From contig NC_086108.1 in the NCBI RefSeq assembly GCF_963921235.1, positions 95,048,001 to 95,112,000 of the forward strand: DNA of 64,000 nt. The letters run 5' to 3'. Below the pieces are notes generated by a model. That model was not told the DNA's origin. It worked only from the letters and a program-made list of their open reading frames with translations, and searched no databases. A program made the translations under genes and the position numbers. Source of the DNA: Mobula hypostoma (taxonomy: Eukaryota). Position 1 is the first letter of the stretch. Every line of letters starts with the position of its first letter. Below are positions 1 through 13,176 of this stretch, one piece after another.

Positions 1-1012
1 GGGGCCCTGAATGGTGGTAAGGGAAGAAGTGTAAGGGCATGTGTAGCACTTGTTCCGCTTACACGGATAAGTGCCAGGAGGGAGATCAGTGGGGAGGGAT
101 GGGGGGGACGAATGGACAAGGGAGTTGTGTAGGGAGCGATCCCTGCGGAATGCAGAGAGAGGGGGGGAGGGAAAGATATGCTTAGTGGTGGGATCCCGTT
201 GGAGGTGCGGAAGTTACGGAGAATAATATATTGGACCCGGAGGCTGGTGGGGTGGTAGGTGAGGACCAGGGGAACCCTATTCCTAGTGGGGTGGTGGGAG
301 GATGGAGTGAGAGCAGATGTACGTGAAATGGGGGAGATGCGTTTAAGAGCAGAGTTGATAGTGGAGGAAGGGAAGCCCCTTTCTTTAAAAAATGAAGACA
401 TCTCCCTCGTCCTAGAATGAAAAGCCTCATCCTGAGAGCAGATGCGGCGGAGACGGAGGAATTGCGAGAAGGGGATGGCGTTTTTGCAAGAGACAGGGTG
501 AGAAGAGGAATAGTCCAGATAGTTGTGAGAGTCAGTAGGCTTATAGTAGACATCAGTGGATAAGCTGTCTCCAGAGACAGAGACAGAAAGATCTAGAAAG
601 GGGAGGGAGGTGTCAGAAATGGACCAGGTAAACTTGAGGGCAGGGTGAAAGTTGGAGGCAAAGTTAATAAAGTCAACGAGTTCTGCATGCGTGCAGGAAG
701 CAGCGCCAATGCAGTCGTCGATGTAGCGAAGGAAAAGTGGGGGACAGATACCAGAATAGGCACGGAACATAGATTGTTCCACAAACCCAACAAAAAGGCA
801 GGCATAGCTAGGACCCATACGGGTGCCCATAGCTACACCTTTAGTTTGGAGGAAATGGGAGGAGCAAAAGGAGAAATTATTAAGAGTAAGGACTAATTCT
901 GCTAGACGGAGCAGAGTGGTGGTAGAGGGGAACTGATTAGGTCTGGAATCCAAAAAGAAGCGTAGAGCTTCTTCCTATAGATGCTGCCTGGCCTGCTGCG
1001 TTCACCAGCAAC
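1..1012 (-). mobile_element. Penelope-like element (PLE), 5'-truncated RT fragment with a short inverted terminal-repeat piece (about 969-1012); continues beyond the left window edge
   Basis: The minus strand translates to PLE RT motifs GVAMGTRMGPSYACLFVG (about 785-840), LRYIDDC (about 710-730), FLDL, YYKPTDSHNYLDYSSSHP and PFSQFLRLRRICS. 969-1012 matches the PLE terminal repeat seen at 58650-58691 but is opposite in orientation to the ORF. Confidence 0.9.
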
Positions 1013-4000
1013 CTATAAATAGGAGCCTGCATATTTAATGAAAAAGTTCACTCTTGCTGAGATTCAATTTATAGCCAGAAAAACTACTAAACTGAGCAAG
1101 CAAAGATAATACTGCCGGAATGGATTTCTCAGGGTTAGAAATATATAATAGTAAGTCATCTGCATATAGTGATAATTTATGTATATCATTCCCACGGGTA
1201 ATACCAAATACGTTAGGAGAGTCACGAATGGCAATAGCTAATGGTTCCAGGGCAATATCGAATAATAATGGACTAAGAAGGCAACCCTGCCTAGTACCGC
1301 GGAATAACTGAAAAAAGGGAGATCTTTGATTATTAGTAAATACCGAAGCCAAAGGAGTAAGGTATATCAATTTAATCCAAGATATAAATATTGGACTAAA
1401 ATTGAATTTCTCAAGCGTATTAAACAGATATGTCCATTCGACTCTATCAAAAGCTTTCTCAGCATCCAATGAGATGACGCATTCTGGAGTTTTAGGTGAA
1501 GAAGTATAAACAATATTCATTAATCTCCGAATATTAAAGAAGGAGTAACGATTTTTAATAAATCCTGTCTGATCAACAGAAATAATTTGAGGTAATACAT
1601 TCTCCAGTCTCATTGCCAATATTTTAGAAAAAATCTTAGAATCCACATTCAGCAAAGATATAGGCCTGTAAGATGCACATTCAGAAGGATCCTTATCTTT
1701 TTTAAGAGTGAGGGAAATAGAAGCTCAATAAAAAGATTGAGGTAATTTACCTATAGATACTGAATCCTTAAAGATTCTACATAACCAAGGAGAAAGTATA
1801 GTAGAAAAGGATTTTAAAAATTCTACTGTATAACCGTCTGGACCAGCTGCTTTACCTGAATTCATCGAGGAAATAGCATTCTTTATTTCTTCTACCGTAA
1901 TAGGTACATCTAATTTTAAACATTCATTGGGTGGTAATTTTGGAATATTCAATTTCTTTAAAAATTCGTGCATTATCGTGGAATCATCAGGAAATTCTGA
2001 TTGGTATAAAGAAGTATAAAATTCTTGAAAGGATTTATTTATCTCATCATGATCAGCTGTCAGAGTACCATCTTTTTTACGTATCTTAACAATCTGGCAT
2101 TTAACCGAAGTCAATTCCACTCGATTAGCTAGTAGTTTCCCAGTTTTATCACCATGTATATAGAATTGACTCCTAGTTTTAATTCATTGATTTTCAATCG
2201 AAGATGATAGTAATAGACTATGTTTCATTTGAAGTTCGACTCTCTTTATAAAGCTCCTGATTAGGAGCAATAGAATATTTCTTGTCTATTTCTTTCATCT
2301 TGTCAACCAGCTTAAGTATTTCATTATTATTTCACTTTTTCAATCCAGCAGAATATGAAATTGTCACAATGGCGGGGCATTGGGAGCAAGGGTGGACCCA
2401 AATGCAAGACACATCTTGTGAGGTTACTTAGATTTAGTTTATTGTTTGATACCAGGAGAGCAAGGCAGGAGCAGGAAATAGCAAACTGGACAAGGACTCA
2501 GGACTACGACTAGGCTGGACCAAGGGTCTGGGCTAGGTCTCGGAATCGGCTCCCAGAACTAGAGGAGACATGAAGAGGCTAGGGTATGGACTCCAAGCCA
2601 GAGACTGGGCAAGGACCCAGTACCTGGGTCTTGCCTCGGGCTCGGACCCCAGAACCAGGCATGGACATGACATGGGCTAGGGAGAGGAGGAACATGGGAA
2701 CACAGAGCCTCGGTCTCAGGAGAGCAGGTACTTGGAACCATGGACAGATACACAGAACACAGAGCCGGGACTCCTCCGTGGGTACAGGACATAGGGCCGG
2801 GACTCATGACCCTCCGCGAGGCAATGGCAAGACGGCTTGACTTACCTCACAGAGGCGAGGACAAGACAAGACAGAACATGACCCCTGCGAAGGGCAACGG
2901 CAAGACGGCCTGACCTACCCCACGGAGGCGAGGACAAGACAAGACAAAACCAACACGAATGAACACCAGACAGTACCTATTTAGCTCCGGTGATGGAACT
3001 AGACCGAAGTGCAGGCGGGGGCTGCAGACGAGGGCTAGAGGTGAGAGGGGCAGAGAAGGGATTCAGACAACGGGGTAGGACAGGAATCACAGACTGCCAG
3101 GGCCAGGACTAGACTCGGAACTGGGAAGCCGCCAGGGCCAGGATGTGACATGGTACTTGGACACCGCCAGGGCCCAGGATGTGACATGGTACTTGGATGC
3201 CGCTGGAGCCAGGACATGGACGTGATGCTTGGAACCTCCGGGTAGTACCGAGCTCCCAACTCGGCCCGAGAACAGTAGACAGCGGCTCTTGATTCTTTCC
3301 GGCGGGTTAACTGACGGACCCACCTTGATGAGGAAACTTTGCAGGCTCGCTTTGGCGAGGTAACTGGACAGGGTTGCTCCGGTGAGGAAAGGCGAATTAC
3401 CGGCCCTCGCTTCAGGCGGAGACGAGGCTTGCTCTGGCCAGATGACATTGGCACGCCGTGACTTTGCAGACGCTCCCGCACTGAACGGCTGAAAGCCGGA
3501 GACTATAAACTACCGGTTCAGCCGAGTGTTAATTGCCTCTAATCACCAAAGTCGAGGGACATGGGAAAACTGGGAATCAACGGTCCGGATCGTAACATAA
3601 ACAAGCTAAATTTAAAGGGACCCTGATCCGGACCATGACAGAAATAATTTGTCCACGAATATATGCTTTAAAAGTATCCCATAGTACCGTGCTGGAAATT
3701 TCCTCCATAAAATTCGTTTTGAAAAAAAAATCAATCTGTTCCTCAATAAAATTAACAAAGTCCGAGTTCTGAAGCAAAGTGGTATTAAATCGCCATTGTC
3801 TAGTACTAGAAGATATATCCATTGACTTAATAGATAGTTTCAATGGTGCGTGATCGGAAACAGCAATGGAATCATATTTGCAGTCAACAATAAGTGGAAT
3901 TAATCTAGTCAATAAGAAAGAAATCAATTCTAGAATAATGATGATATACATGTGAAAAGAATGAAAACTCTTTATTGTTGGGGTGTAAGAATCTTCAAAT

Positions 4001-5872
4001 TTCTGAAGTTCCAGTGTCAACCATAAAAGAGTTAATAAGAATAGCCAATTTGTTCCGAAGTGCCTGATTAGACATAGATCTATCCATCAAAGGATTTAAA
4101 CAACAGTTAAAATCTCCACCCATAATCAACATATAATCGTTTAAGTTAGGAAGGGATGTAAAGAGATGTTTAAAAAATTCAGGACAATCAACATTTGGAG
4201 CTTAAACATTAACCATAACAACTTTTTTGTTAAATAACAAACTAGTAATTAGCAAAAATCTACCATTTGGATCTGAAATAGTCTCATGATGCACAAATGA
4301 AATTGAAGGATCTATAAAAATAGAAACGCCTTTTACTTTGGCCTGTGAATCCGAATGGTACTTCTATTCCTCCAAAACCTAAAAAAATGCTGATTATCCT
4401 CTTTCCACACATGAGTTTCTTGTACGAAAATAATATGAGCATTCATCCTTTGGAATACTTTAAAAAATTTCTTCCGTTTAATTGGGTGGTTTAAACCATT
4501 TGTATTCCAGGAGACCAAATTAGTAATCTTATCCATAGTACTGAAATTGAACGTAAGGTATGTAAAGGGTTAAGCAGAATACAAACTTATGACCATGGAA
4601 GAGGAAAAAGGGTTCAAAGAGGAACCGGATGTTACGATATTTCAGTCATTTTGGTAGTTTCAAGTCAGTCCATTTAGAGAAAAAAATCTAAATTAAAAAT
4701 AAGAACAGAAATCTCACCACCCCCCTACAAAAACCCGGAAAAAAGCCAAAAAGTGGCCAATGCTAAATCTAATGCTAAATCTAACCCATCTCTCCAGAAG
4801 GCAACCCAAAAGAAATATGTGGTCAAAAAAGTCAAAAAGCAATTACTATAAATGCAAAGAAAAGATTACAACAATTACAAACATAAAATAGTTTCTTCTT
4901 ACACATATGTCAAAAAAAAGACCAAGCGCCGATTTGTATTATTAGTTTTTTTTCCATATATAAATGATCAAAAAGGACGCAGGGCAGAGCAACGCTAATT
5001 TGAAGCCCTTACAATAAAATTTTGACATCTGGGATTTAAAAGCCATCCGTTCTCTCAAAACTTCCAGGCTGAAATCTTGAACGATGCGAAATCTGAAACT
5101 TTGAAATTCAATCATACCTTTTCACCAAGCAGCTCGTATCACTTGATCCTTAATGTGAGCATAGTGGAACCGAATATTAATAGGTCTCGGTTTAAAATCT
5201 TTGGGAGGTTTAGGGCGTAAGGTACGATGCAAACTATCAAGCAATGGGGGGGTCTCCAAAACTTCTAGACCAAACACATCCATTAAAAATTTAGAGAAAT
5301 ATTTAGTAGGATCGCCTGTCTCAACATCTTCGGGAAGCCTGATTATTCGCAGATTCTCTCGCCAAGATCAATTTTCAAGATCGATAATCTTTGATTTAAA
5401 ACATTCCAACTGCTGAGATGTCAAAGCTAGATTTTTCTCCAGAGTTTCAATTTTTCGATCTCTCTTCCAATTGGCTTCATCCATTTCTGAAATTCTAATT
5501 TGTTGTTGATCGATTTAACGTCTAAACAATTTAACATAATCTCGAATCATCTTCAAACACAGCAAATTTTTGGTTAAGTGCACCCTCGAGAAATTTCGAC
5601 ATTGTTTCAAAAGTTAATGGAATGTGCTTAGATGCTTTAGGATCGCCATCTTTTTTCCCGTTCCCGCCGGAATCTTTCCCACTTTTAACTTCTCGTCCTC
5701 TGGTCAGCATTTTCGGTAAGTTAAAATCGAAGTTCAAAGATATATCTGTAGTATAAACCCTTTAGTGTAGGTATAATTAAAGTAAATAAGGGTTGTTACA
5801 GGTAAAGGAAGTAAAGGGAATGGAGCGAAGCCAGAATGAACCTCACGCCATGAGCGCCTCCTGGAGAGTCCA
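1013..5872 (-). mobile_element. L1-clade LINE #1: decayed ORF1, AP-endonuclease and RT; interrupted by a solo LTR and cut by the PLE
   Basis: ORF1 remnant (IIDLEN..RRENLRII.LPE at about 5330-5395). EN start MDKITNLVSWNTNGLNHPIKRKK (4536), QETH, GGDFN, SDHAPL. RT motifs GKAAGPDGY, YRPISLLNVD, DQTGF, SLDAEKAFDRVEW, RGTRQGC, LYADD (ORF 1035-1655). Several frameshifts. Confidence 0.93.
2362..3640 (-). mobile_element. Solo-LTR-like element (1279 bp) inserted in L1 #1 ORF2
   Basis: Ends TGTCA...TGACA, perfect 5-bp TSD GAAAT (2357-2361 and 3641-3645), L1 sequence resumes across it, AATAAA on the minus strand at 2438-2443, internal tandem repeats, no recognisable protein. Confidence 0.85.
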
Positions 5873-8800
5873 AAAGTTTTAAATAAATAATTCCATTCAA
5901 CTCTGTTGAAAGCTTTCTCAGTATCTAGGGATACCACACATTCCGATACAGGTGTCCCCCGCTTTTTGAACTTTCGATTTACGAAACCTCACTGTTACGA
6001 AAGACCTACATTAGTACTCTGCTTTCACTTTCAGAAGGTGTTATCACTGTTACGAAAAAAAATCAGCGCTCAATAAAATCAGCGCAAGATATAAGGCCCC
6101 GAGCAACTGCTCTCCCCCGGATTCGGAATGGCATTGCTTTAACACGTTGCATTGAGCAGCCATTTGCAAGATGAGTTCTGAGGTATCAGAAAAGCCTGAA
6201 AGAGCTCGTAAGGGTGTTACACTTAGCGTAAAACTAGACACAATTAGGCATTTCGATCGTGGTGAACCAAGTAAGGACTAAGTGAGTTTGGCTTGTGGAA
6301 GCTGACGAACATGATGTTGAAGAGGTTTTGGCATCCCATGACCAAGAACTGACAGATGAAGAGCTGATGCAATTGGAAAAGGAAAGGATAACAATCGAAA
6401 CCGAATGAGTAATGATAAAGTATGACTTTAATTTTGAAAGGGTACGTCGGTTTAGGAGACATTTGCAGGATGGTTTGAGTGCTTACAAAGAACTGTGTGA
6501 TAGAAAAATGCACGAGGCTCAGCAGTCAAGCAAGCCTTCTACATCAGCCACAGCAGACGATGAACCTCGACCTTCGACATCGAGGTGAGCAGTCATAGGA
6601 GAAGATGAGCTGCCTGCTCTAATGGAAACAGATGACGAGATGACACCCCACTGTCCCACCACCCCAAACCCCAGGCCACGGACAGATACTGTACCGATTC
6701 ATGGAGAATGCAGCAGTAGCCGGGAGGCACACGGCATATCTTTAAGAAAAAAGCAGAAATAAACATGCTAATTAATTAGGTGCCGTCGACACGTAAATGT
6801 CGGCCCAGATCAAAGGCGATGCAATCGGCAATTGGCACTGATCTGGGCCGACAATTACATGTCAGACGGCTCCTAATTAATTAGCATGTTTGTTTCGGCT
6901 TTTTTCTTAAAGATGTGCTGTGTACCTCCCGGTTACCGCTGCATTCCTGCGTGCTTCGCGGCAATGTATCACTCGGCGGCCTGGAGGGTAGGGGCCACTG
7001 CACCCCCCCAAACTCCGACTCAGCCTAACACGCCATCATCCGTGTGCTCTGTGCTGTCTTCCCAATTCCAGTAAGTGATACTACATTGTACATACATTAT
7101 TTCTACTTTATATAGGCTGTGTATTTTTACGTGTTATTTGGTATGATTTGGCAGCTTCATAGCTTAAAGGTTACTGGAGAGCACTTGCGCCGTGTTTTTG
7201 CCAACAGCGCTTCCGTGAGATTTGCTGCCGATGGCGCTTGCGCGAGATTTTCTGCCGATGGCACTTGCATGAGATTTTCGCTACGGAGAACAGTTCAGTA
7301 ATGATTGTGGAAAAGTATTTCTACTTTATATAGGCTGTGTATTTATCATATCATTCCTGCTTTTACTATATGTTACTGTTATTTTAGGTTTTATGTGTTA
7401 TTTGGCATGATTTGGTAGGTTATTTTTGGGTCTGCGAACGCTCACAAAATTTTTCCATATAAATAAATGGTAATTGCTTCTTCGCTTTACGACATTTCTG
7501 CTTACGAACCGTTTCATAGGAATGCTCTACCTTCGGATGGCGGGGGAAACCTGTATCATGTTAGAAGGAGAATAAATAACATTTAATAACAGACGACTAT
7601 TAAAGTAAGAATATCAATTTTTGATAAATCCAGTTTGGTTATCGGAAATGACAGATAGTAAAATATTTTCAATCCTATGGGCCAAAACTTTAGTTAGGAT
7701 CTTAGTATCAACATTAAGTAAAGAAATTGGTCTATAAGAAGAGCAATCAGTTGGATCTTTATTCTTTTTAAGGATAAGCGAAATGAAAGCCTCATAAAAA
7801 GATTGAGAGAGTCTGCCTGACTTGAATGAATCCAGAAAAACTGAACATAAATAAGGTATAAGCAGTAAGGAAAAGATCTTGTAAAACTCTCCAGAAAATC
7901 CATCTGGACCTGGAACTTTCTTCAAATGTAATGAGTACACAGCCTCAACAATTTCCTCAAAAGAAATAGGTTGTTCCAACAGCTTTCTGTTGTTGGCAGA
8001 AATTGTAGGAATATTTAGTTGGTCTAAAAAATTGTTCATTACAGTGTTATCCTTAGAAGATTCAGAACTGTAGAGTTTAGAATAAAATTCTCTAGAAGTA
8101 TCATTTATTTCTAAATAATCTGTTGTCACCCCATGAAAAGAAATAAGATTTTTGCCAATATTAAAATACTTAAAGTACCAATTGTTTTTCTTCAAGAAAC
8201 CCATTAACGTTAGTGTGACAATTCACGCCTTTTTAATCAATGGAGATAATCTCATTTTCATTCCTCATTTCAGGCCAAAGCCAGAGGAGTTTCAATCCTT
8301 ATTGATAATAAAGTTCCCTTTGTTCAACATAAAGTAATTTCTGATACTAGTGGACATTTTGTTATAGTATCAGGGAAACTAAATAACAAACTAATGGTAC
8401 TTGCCAATGTGTATGCTTTAATTTGATCGGCCAATAATTTACCTGTTTTATCTCCATGAATATAAAATTGACTTTTATCTTTTAGGAGTTGGGTTTCAAT
8501 TGGATAGTTTAAAAGGAGATCATGTTTAGTTTTAGTTTCAACACGCCTTTTATATAAGGCAGGTTCTGGAGTCAAGGCATACTCTTGGCCTAATTGTTTC
8601 AGCTGATTAGTTAAATCACTTCTCTCTTTATTAGCTTTTTTCTTAATACTTGCAGTATAAGAAATAATTTGTCCTCTAATATATGCCTTAAAAGCATCCC
8701 ATCTGATAACACTAGAAGTCTCCTCTAACGTATTCTCTTCAAAAAAAAGAGTAATTTGTCTCTCCATAAACTTTAAAAAATCTTTATCAGATAACAAAGT

Positions 8801-10852
8801 TAAATTAAATCACCAAAACCTATTTGTTTGAAGAAGACCAAGGAGATTTAAAAATAGGAGCACAGGAACATGATCTGAGACAACAATCTCTTTATATTCA
8901 CAGGATCGAACTGATGGAATCATTTGGCTATCAATAAAAAAAAAATCAATCCTGGAATATGTATGATGGACATGAGAGAAAAATGAATATTCCTTGTCTA
9001 CTGGATAAAAAAAAACGCCAAGCATCAACAATACCATATTTCATTTAAAAAAGATTTAATAAATACAGCTGATTTATTTGGTATCATTAGTTTAGAAGAT
9101 GAACAATCTAAAGCTGGATCTAAGCAACAATTAAAGTCTCCACCCATCACCAATGAGTACAGACTTAGATCTGGCAAAAATGGAAAAAAACATGCTCAAA
9201 GAAACCAGGGTCATCTATATTTGGAGCATACACATTGACAAGTACCATTAGCTTGTTATTTAGTTTCCCTGATACTATATCAAAATCCCCATTAGTATCA
9301 GAAATTACTCTATATTGAACAAAGGGAACGGTATTATCTATAAGGATCAAAACTCCTCTGACTTTGGCCTGAAATGAGGAATGGAAATGAGATTCTCACC
9401 ATCGATTAAAAAGGTGTGAATTGTCACACTTACGTACATGGGTTTCTTGAAGAAAAACAATTGGTACCTTAAGTTTTTTAATAGCGGCAAAAATCTTATT
9501 TCTTTTCATTGGGTAATTTACCCCCTTCACAATAAAACTAAGTAAATTAATACTTTGATTCATTTTAAAACTATTTATAGGAAGGGTTAAAGTAGCAATC
9601 AGAGAAATGTATATTAAACCCAAATAATATACCTTGAGATATATTAGCTAAGCAACAGAATTGACTAGGTTCCCAAATCAGCTTCAAGAAAAATGAACTG
9701 CCCATCCCCCTCCCTCCTCCCAAAGAGAGAAAATCAGTCAAAGAACAACTGTTATCTACCCCCACTGAAAACATACCCTTGGAAAGCCTGTTGGAACTGA
9801 TCCAAAGAATTCAAGGTTATTTACTGTTCCAACCAAGACTAAATAATATACAGTAAAAATACAAGCTTAAACATGTTTATCAAACAGAAAGAGAAATTAT
9901 TCATACTGAAAAATATTAAAGTCTTTTTTTAAATATATAGTGTTTCTGTTTTTGCAAGATTTTTAATCTATTTAGTATAAATATAATCATTTTTTTGTGT
10001 CTGAAAATTCTTGCGCCTACTCCTTCGTACAAAACCATTTAAATGATCCATCTTCCATTGTGATTCTCAATCGATCCAGAAAATGAAGGGAAGGCTTAAA
10101 ATTTCAGCTGTATAGCTCCGCCATAACTTTTTAAAACTTAGCATGTTCTGCCATAACTTCTGATGAAAAATCTTCAGCAATACGAATCTTCTGACCTTGG
10201 TAGTCAATCATGCCTTTTCCACGGGCATCACGAATCAGACGATCCTTTATTTGAAATTCATGGAAACATATAATGACTGATCTTGGTTTTGATTTTGAAG
10301 TCGATCCATAAATAGGCAATCTGTGAACACGATCAATCATAGGCAGAGACTTTATAATATCAGGGAATAATTCCAAAGAATTCTTTAGGATTATCTCCTT
10401 CTGTTTGTTGTTTAAGTCTCAAGATTCGTAAGCTGTTCCTCCTACTTCTGTTTTCCAAATCAATAATCTTCTGTCTCAGTATTTCACTGGACTTGGATTG
10501 TTTTTCATAAAGCTTTTGCAAATCATCCATTCTCTCGTCCAGCATAGTGATAACCTCTTCATGTTCCTTTATCTTCTTATCAAGCTTGGTTAGAGTTGCT
10601 TGAATATTGTCTAATTACGTACCTATTTGTTTCATTTCAGTGCTGATTTGTTGCGAATCTGCCGATGCTTCTTTTCTGAACTGTTGAAACTCCTCAGTAA
10701 GCTTTTGAATAGCTTCCAAAGCTGCTTTGGTCATCATAGTAATATAATAACCCGTCTAACAGTAGTATTTCAAAAGGTTGGAGACAAAAGTAAGTGAGTT
10801 AGGAGCACCAGCAGAGAGCTGTTACTCCATCAGCGGCCACCAGGCAAATCCG
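5873..10852 (-). mobile_element. L1-clade LINE #2: ORF1, EN and start of RT; interrupted by the Tigger element and cut by L1 #1
   Basis: ORF1 IIDLENRSRRNSLRI (10360-10545) and 10131-10376. EN MNQSINLLSFIVKGVN..FLQETH, YSRIDFF, SDHVPV. RT PGPDGF, YRPISLLNVDTKIL, NQTGFIK. The RT resumes left of the Tigger element as ECVVSLDTEKAFNRVEWNYLFKTFG (about 5873-5946). Confidence 0.9.
5949..7553 (+). mobile_element. Tigger/pogo-type non-autonomous DNA transposon (internally deleted)
   Basis: TA at 5947-5948 and 7554-7555. TIRs CAGGTGTCCCCCGC / GCGGGGGAAACCTG. Remnants of a CENP-B-type HTH (KPERARKGVTLSVKLDTIRHFDRGE, about 6190-6266) and a Tigger acidic C-terminus (EADEHDVEEVLASHDQELTDEELMQLEKE). Confidence 0.88.
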
Positions 10853-11248
10853 CGAATTTCTACAGGTGTATTGTGGACAGCATTCTAACTGGATGCATCA
10901 CCGTCTAGTATGGGCAGGTGGCTACTGAATAGGATCAAAATAAGCTGCAGAGAGTTGTAAACCCAGTCAGCTCCATCAAGAGCACTATCCCACTATCCTC
11001 CATATTATCCAGGATAACTTCAAAGGGTGTCATACATCATTAAGGACCCCCAACAACTAGGCCGTGCCCTCTTCTCATTGCTACTGTCAGGGTGGAGGCA
11101 CACATTCAACGTTTCAGGAACAGCTTCTTCCCTCTGCCATCCGATTTCTGAATTTCACGTTTTCTCTGTTATTATGTATTGCATTGTATTGCTGCCACAA
11201 AGACCACAGATTTCACGACACATGCCGGTGATATTAAACCTGATTCTG
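10853..11248 (+). mobile_element. Rex1/Babar-like LINE 3' fragment
   Basis: NFYRCIVDSILTGCITV motif; homologous to 43950-44500; ends in AAACCTGATTCTG tail. Confidence 0.75.
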
Positions 11249-12145
11249 GTCAATGTGTGGACTCTGATGAGAGCTTCCAACAGGCCCTGGGCAAAGTGAA
11301 CAGCACTGGCAGTTCGAACACTCAGTGTGTCGGACTCTTGGCCAGTTGGATCTAAGCCAGGGCTGCATCTCAGACTCAGCAGGAGCACTTCCAGACCTGG
11401 CAGCTTTGACATGGTGTACCGGGGCGACTCCTTCACCATCACCAACACCCTCAGCAACCCTACATCATCAGTGAATCTGTCATGCTGGTTGCACTCATAT
11501 GCACAAAACACAAGCAAACAGTACAAGCTGGTATAGACGTCTTGGTCAGCATGGACAAGTTCGTCCATGGACCTATTTCCATACTGTGTTACTCTAATCA
11601 AAGGGCCTATTTCAGTGCTGTATGGCTCTAAACAAATTATTAACATAGTGGATCAAAACGCTTCATTAGGACTGTGAGTGGAAAAGGAAGATGGCCAGTG
11701 GAAAGGTGCAGCCTGTAGGGGGTGAGGAAGGTGTAGGTGATATCAGCTCAGAGGCTGATAGGCAGGAACACAAAGGCTAATTCCGCAATCCTAAATCCAG
11801 CAAGTAGCTCTTACGGCAAATGGAATTATCCCTGGGTTGTTCTACAAAGAGACGCCAGACAGATTGTGCCTTGTATTCCTTGGACTTTAGAAGAACAGGG
11901 GATGATCTCATTCAAACATATAATATCCCAAGGTGGTTTGACAGGGTAGATGTTGTGATGTTCTCAGAACTGGGAGAGTCACAAACTCGGGGATATAAAT
12001 AAGGGCCAGCCATTTAAAACTGGAGTATGGTGGAAGTTCTCTCTGGTGTGGTGGGGGCATCTCTTCCCCCACCATTCCTCTTCCACACTGTTTATTTGTT
12101 TGTCTATTTATTTATTTATACTGTAATTCGTTATGCCTGCGCCAT

Positions 12146-12538
12146 ACTTACTGCTTGTTATGCCACTGGCATTTAGGGCAGCAATGAAGGTTCTCCATCT
12201 CTGGCAGTGTTCAGGGCACTGTCAGCCGTCCAAGTCCTAGGAATAGCGTCGCACTCATGTGTAGAAGCATTCTTCATTACTGTTGCTGTTTCCATAACAA
12301 CTTTTTTTACCCAGTCAGGGTTTTTCGCCCTGAGCTAAACCAGTGCCCGCCCCACCCTCACAACCTGGGGGACCTGTGGACCATTCTTAGCCTGGTCTCT
12401 AGACTTTGACCTGTTTGGCATGGGTGACCCTACCAAGAGCCAAAGCATACAGCCCTGACTCCAGCCAGCAGAGCTCTCTGGGTCACTGAGGTACGTGAGT
12501 CTCCAAACCCAACAACAAGGTTTTGGTTCTCTTGGAGG
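12146..12538 (-). mobile_element. Short non-autonomous RTE-like retroelement
   Basis: The minus strand has an RTE-type 5' segment (GGGTCACCCATGCCAAACAGGTC) joined to an RTE-like 3' end (TGCTGCCCTAAATGCCAGTGGCATAAC...TAAGT). Recognised by eye only. Confidence 0.5.
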
Positions 12539-13174
12539 CTGCACTATACTGCTGCCACAAAACAACAAATTTCGCGAATTATGTCAGTGACAATAAATCT
12601 GATTCTGATTCTCAGTTCTCTGCCCTAGAGAGAGTCAAATCATTAGATAGATAAATATTTGAAAGATCCAGGAATTGATGGGGGTGTGGCACAGGAGATG
12701 AAGTCAATACAGATCAGCCCTGATCATACTGCATGGCGTGACTGCCTGGCGGTCTTTCAATAACAAATTTCACAGCATATGTCCGTGATAATAAAACCAC
12801 AACTTCTGCATATGTCTTATCGTGTTCCTGATTCATACTTCGTTTAAATTTTTATCCCAGATATTACACCTCATCTTTTTCTGTGGATGAATAATAACAT
12901 CAGAGTGAAAGATTGTCACTTTGATATTATAAAGAGGGACCAGCTTTACTTGTCACATGTATGTACATTGAAACATTAAAACCTACATTGAAACGTATTG
13001 TTTTTACATCAGTAACAAACACGGTCTGAGGATGTGCTGGCCGCAGCCTCAAAATTCAAAGTACATTTATTATCAAAGTATGTACAAATTATACCACCCT
13101 GAGATTCATCTCCTACAGTCACAAAACGAGAAACCTGAAAGAACCCATTAAGGAGACCAACAAACACCCAATGC

Positions 13175-13176
<2 letters not shown>

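Noticed and set aside
182..896. Track ORFs 182-553, 593-805 and 645-896
   Set aside because: Off-frame or antisense readings of the Penelope RT; the true frame is a different minus-strand frame not listed in the track.
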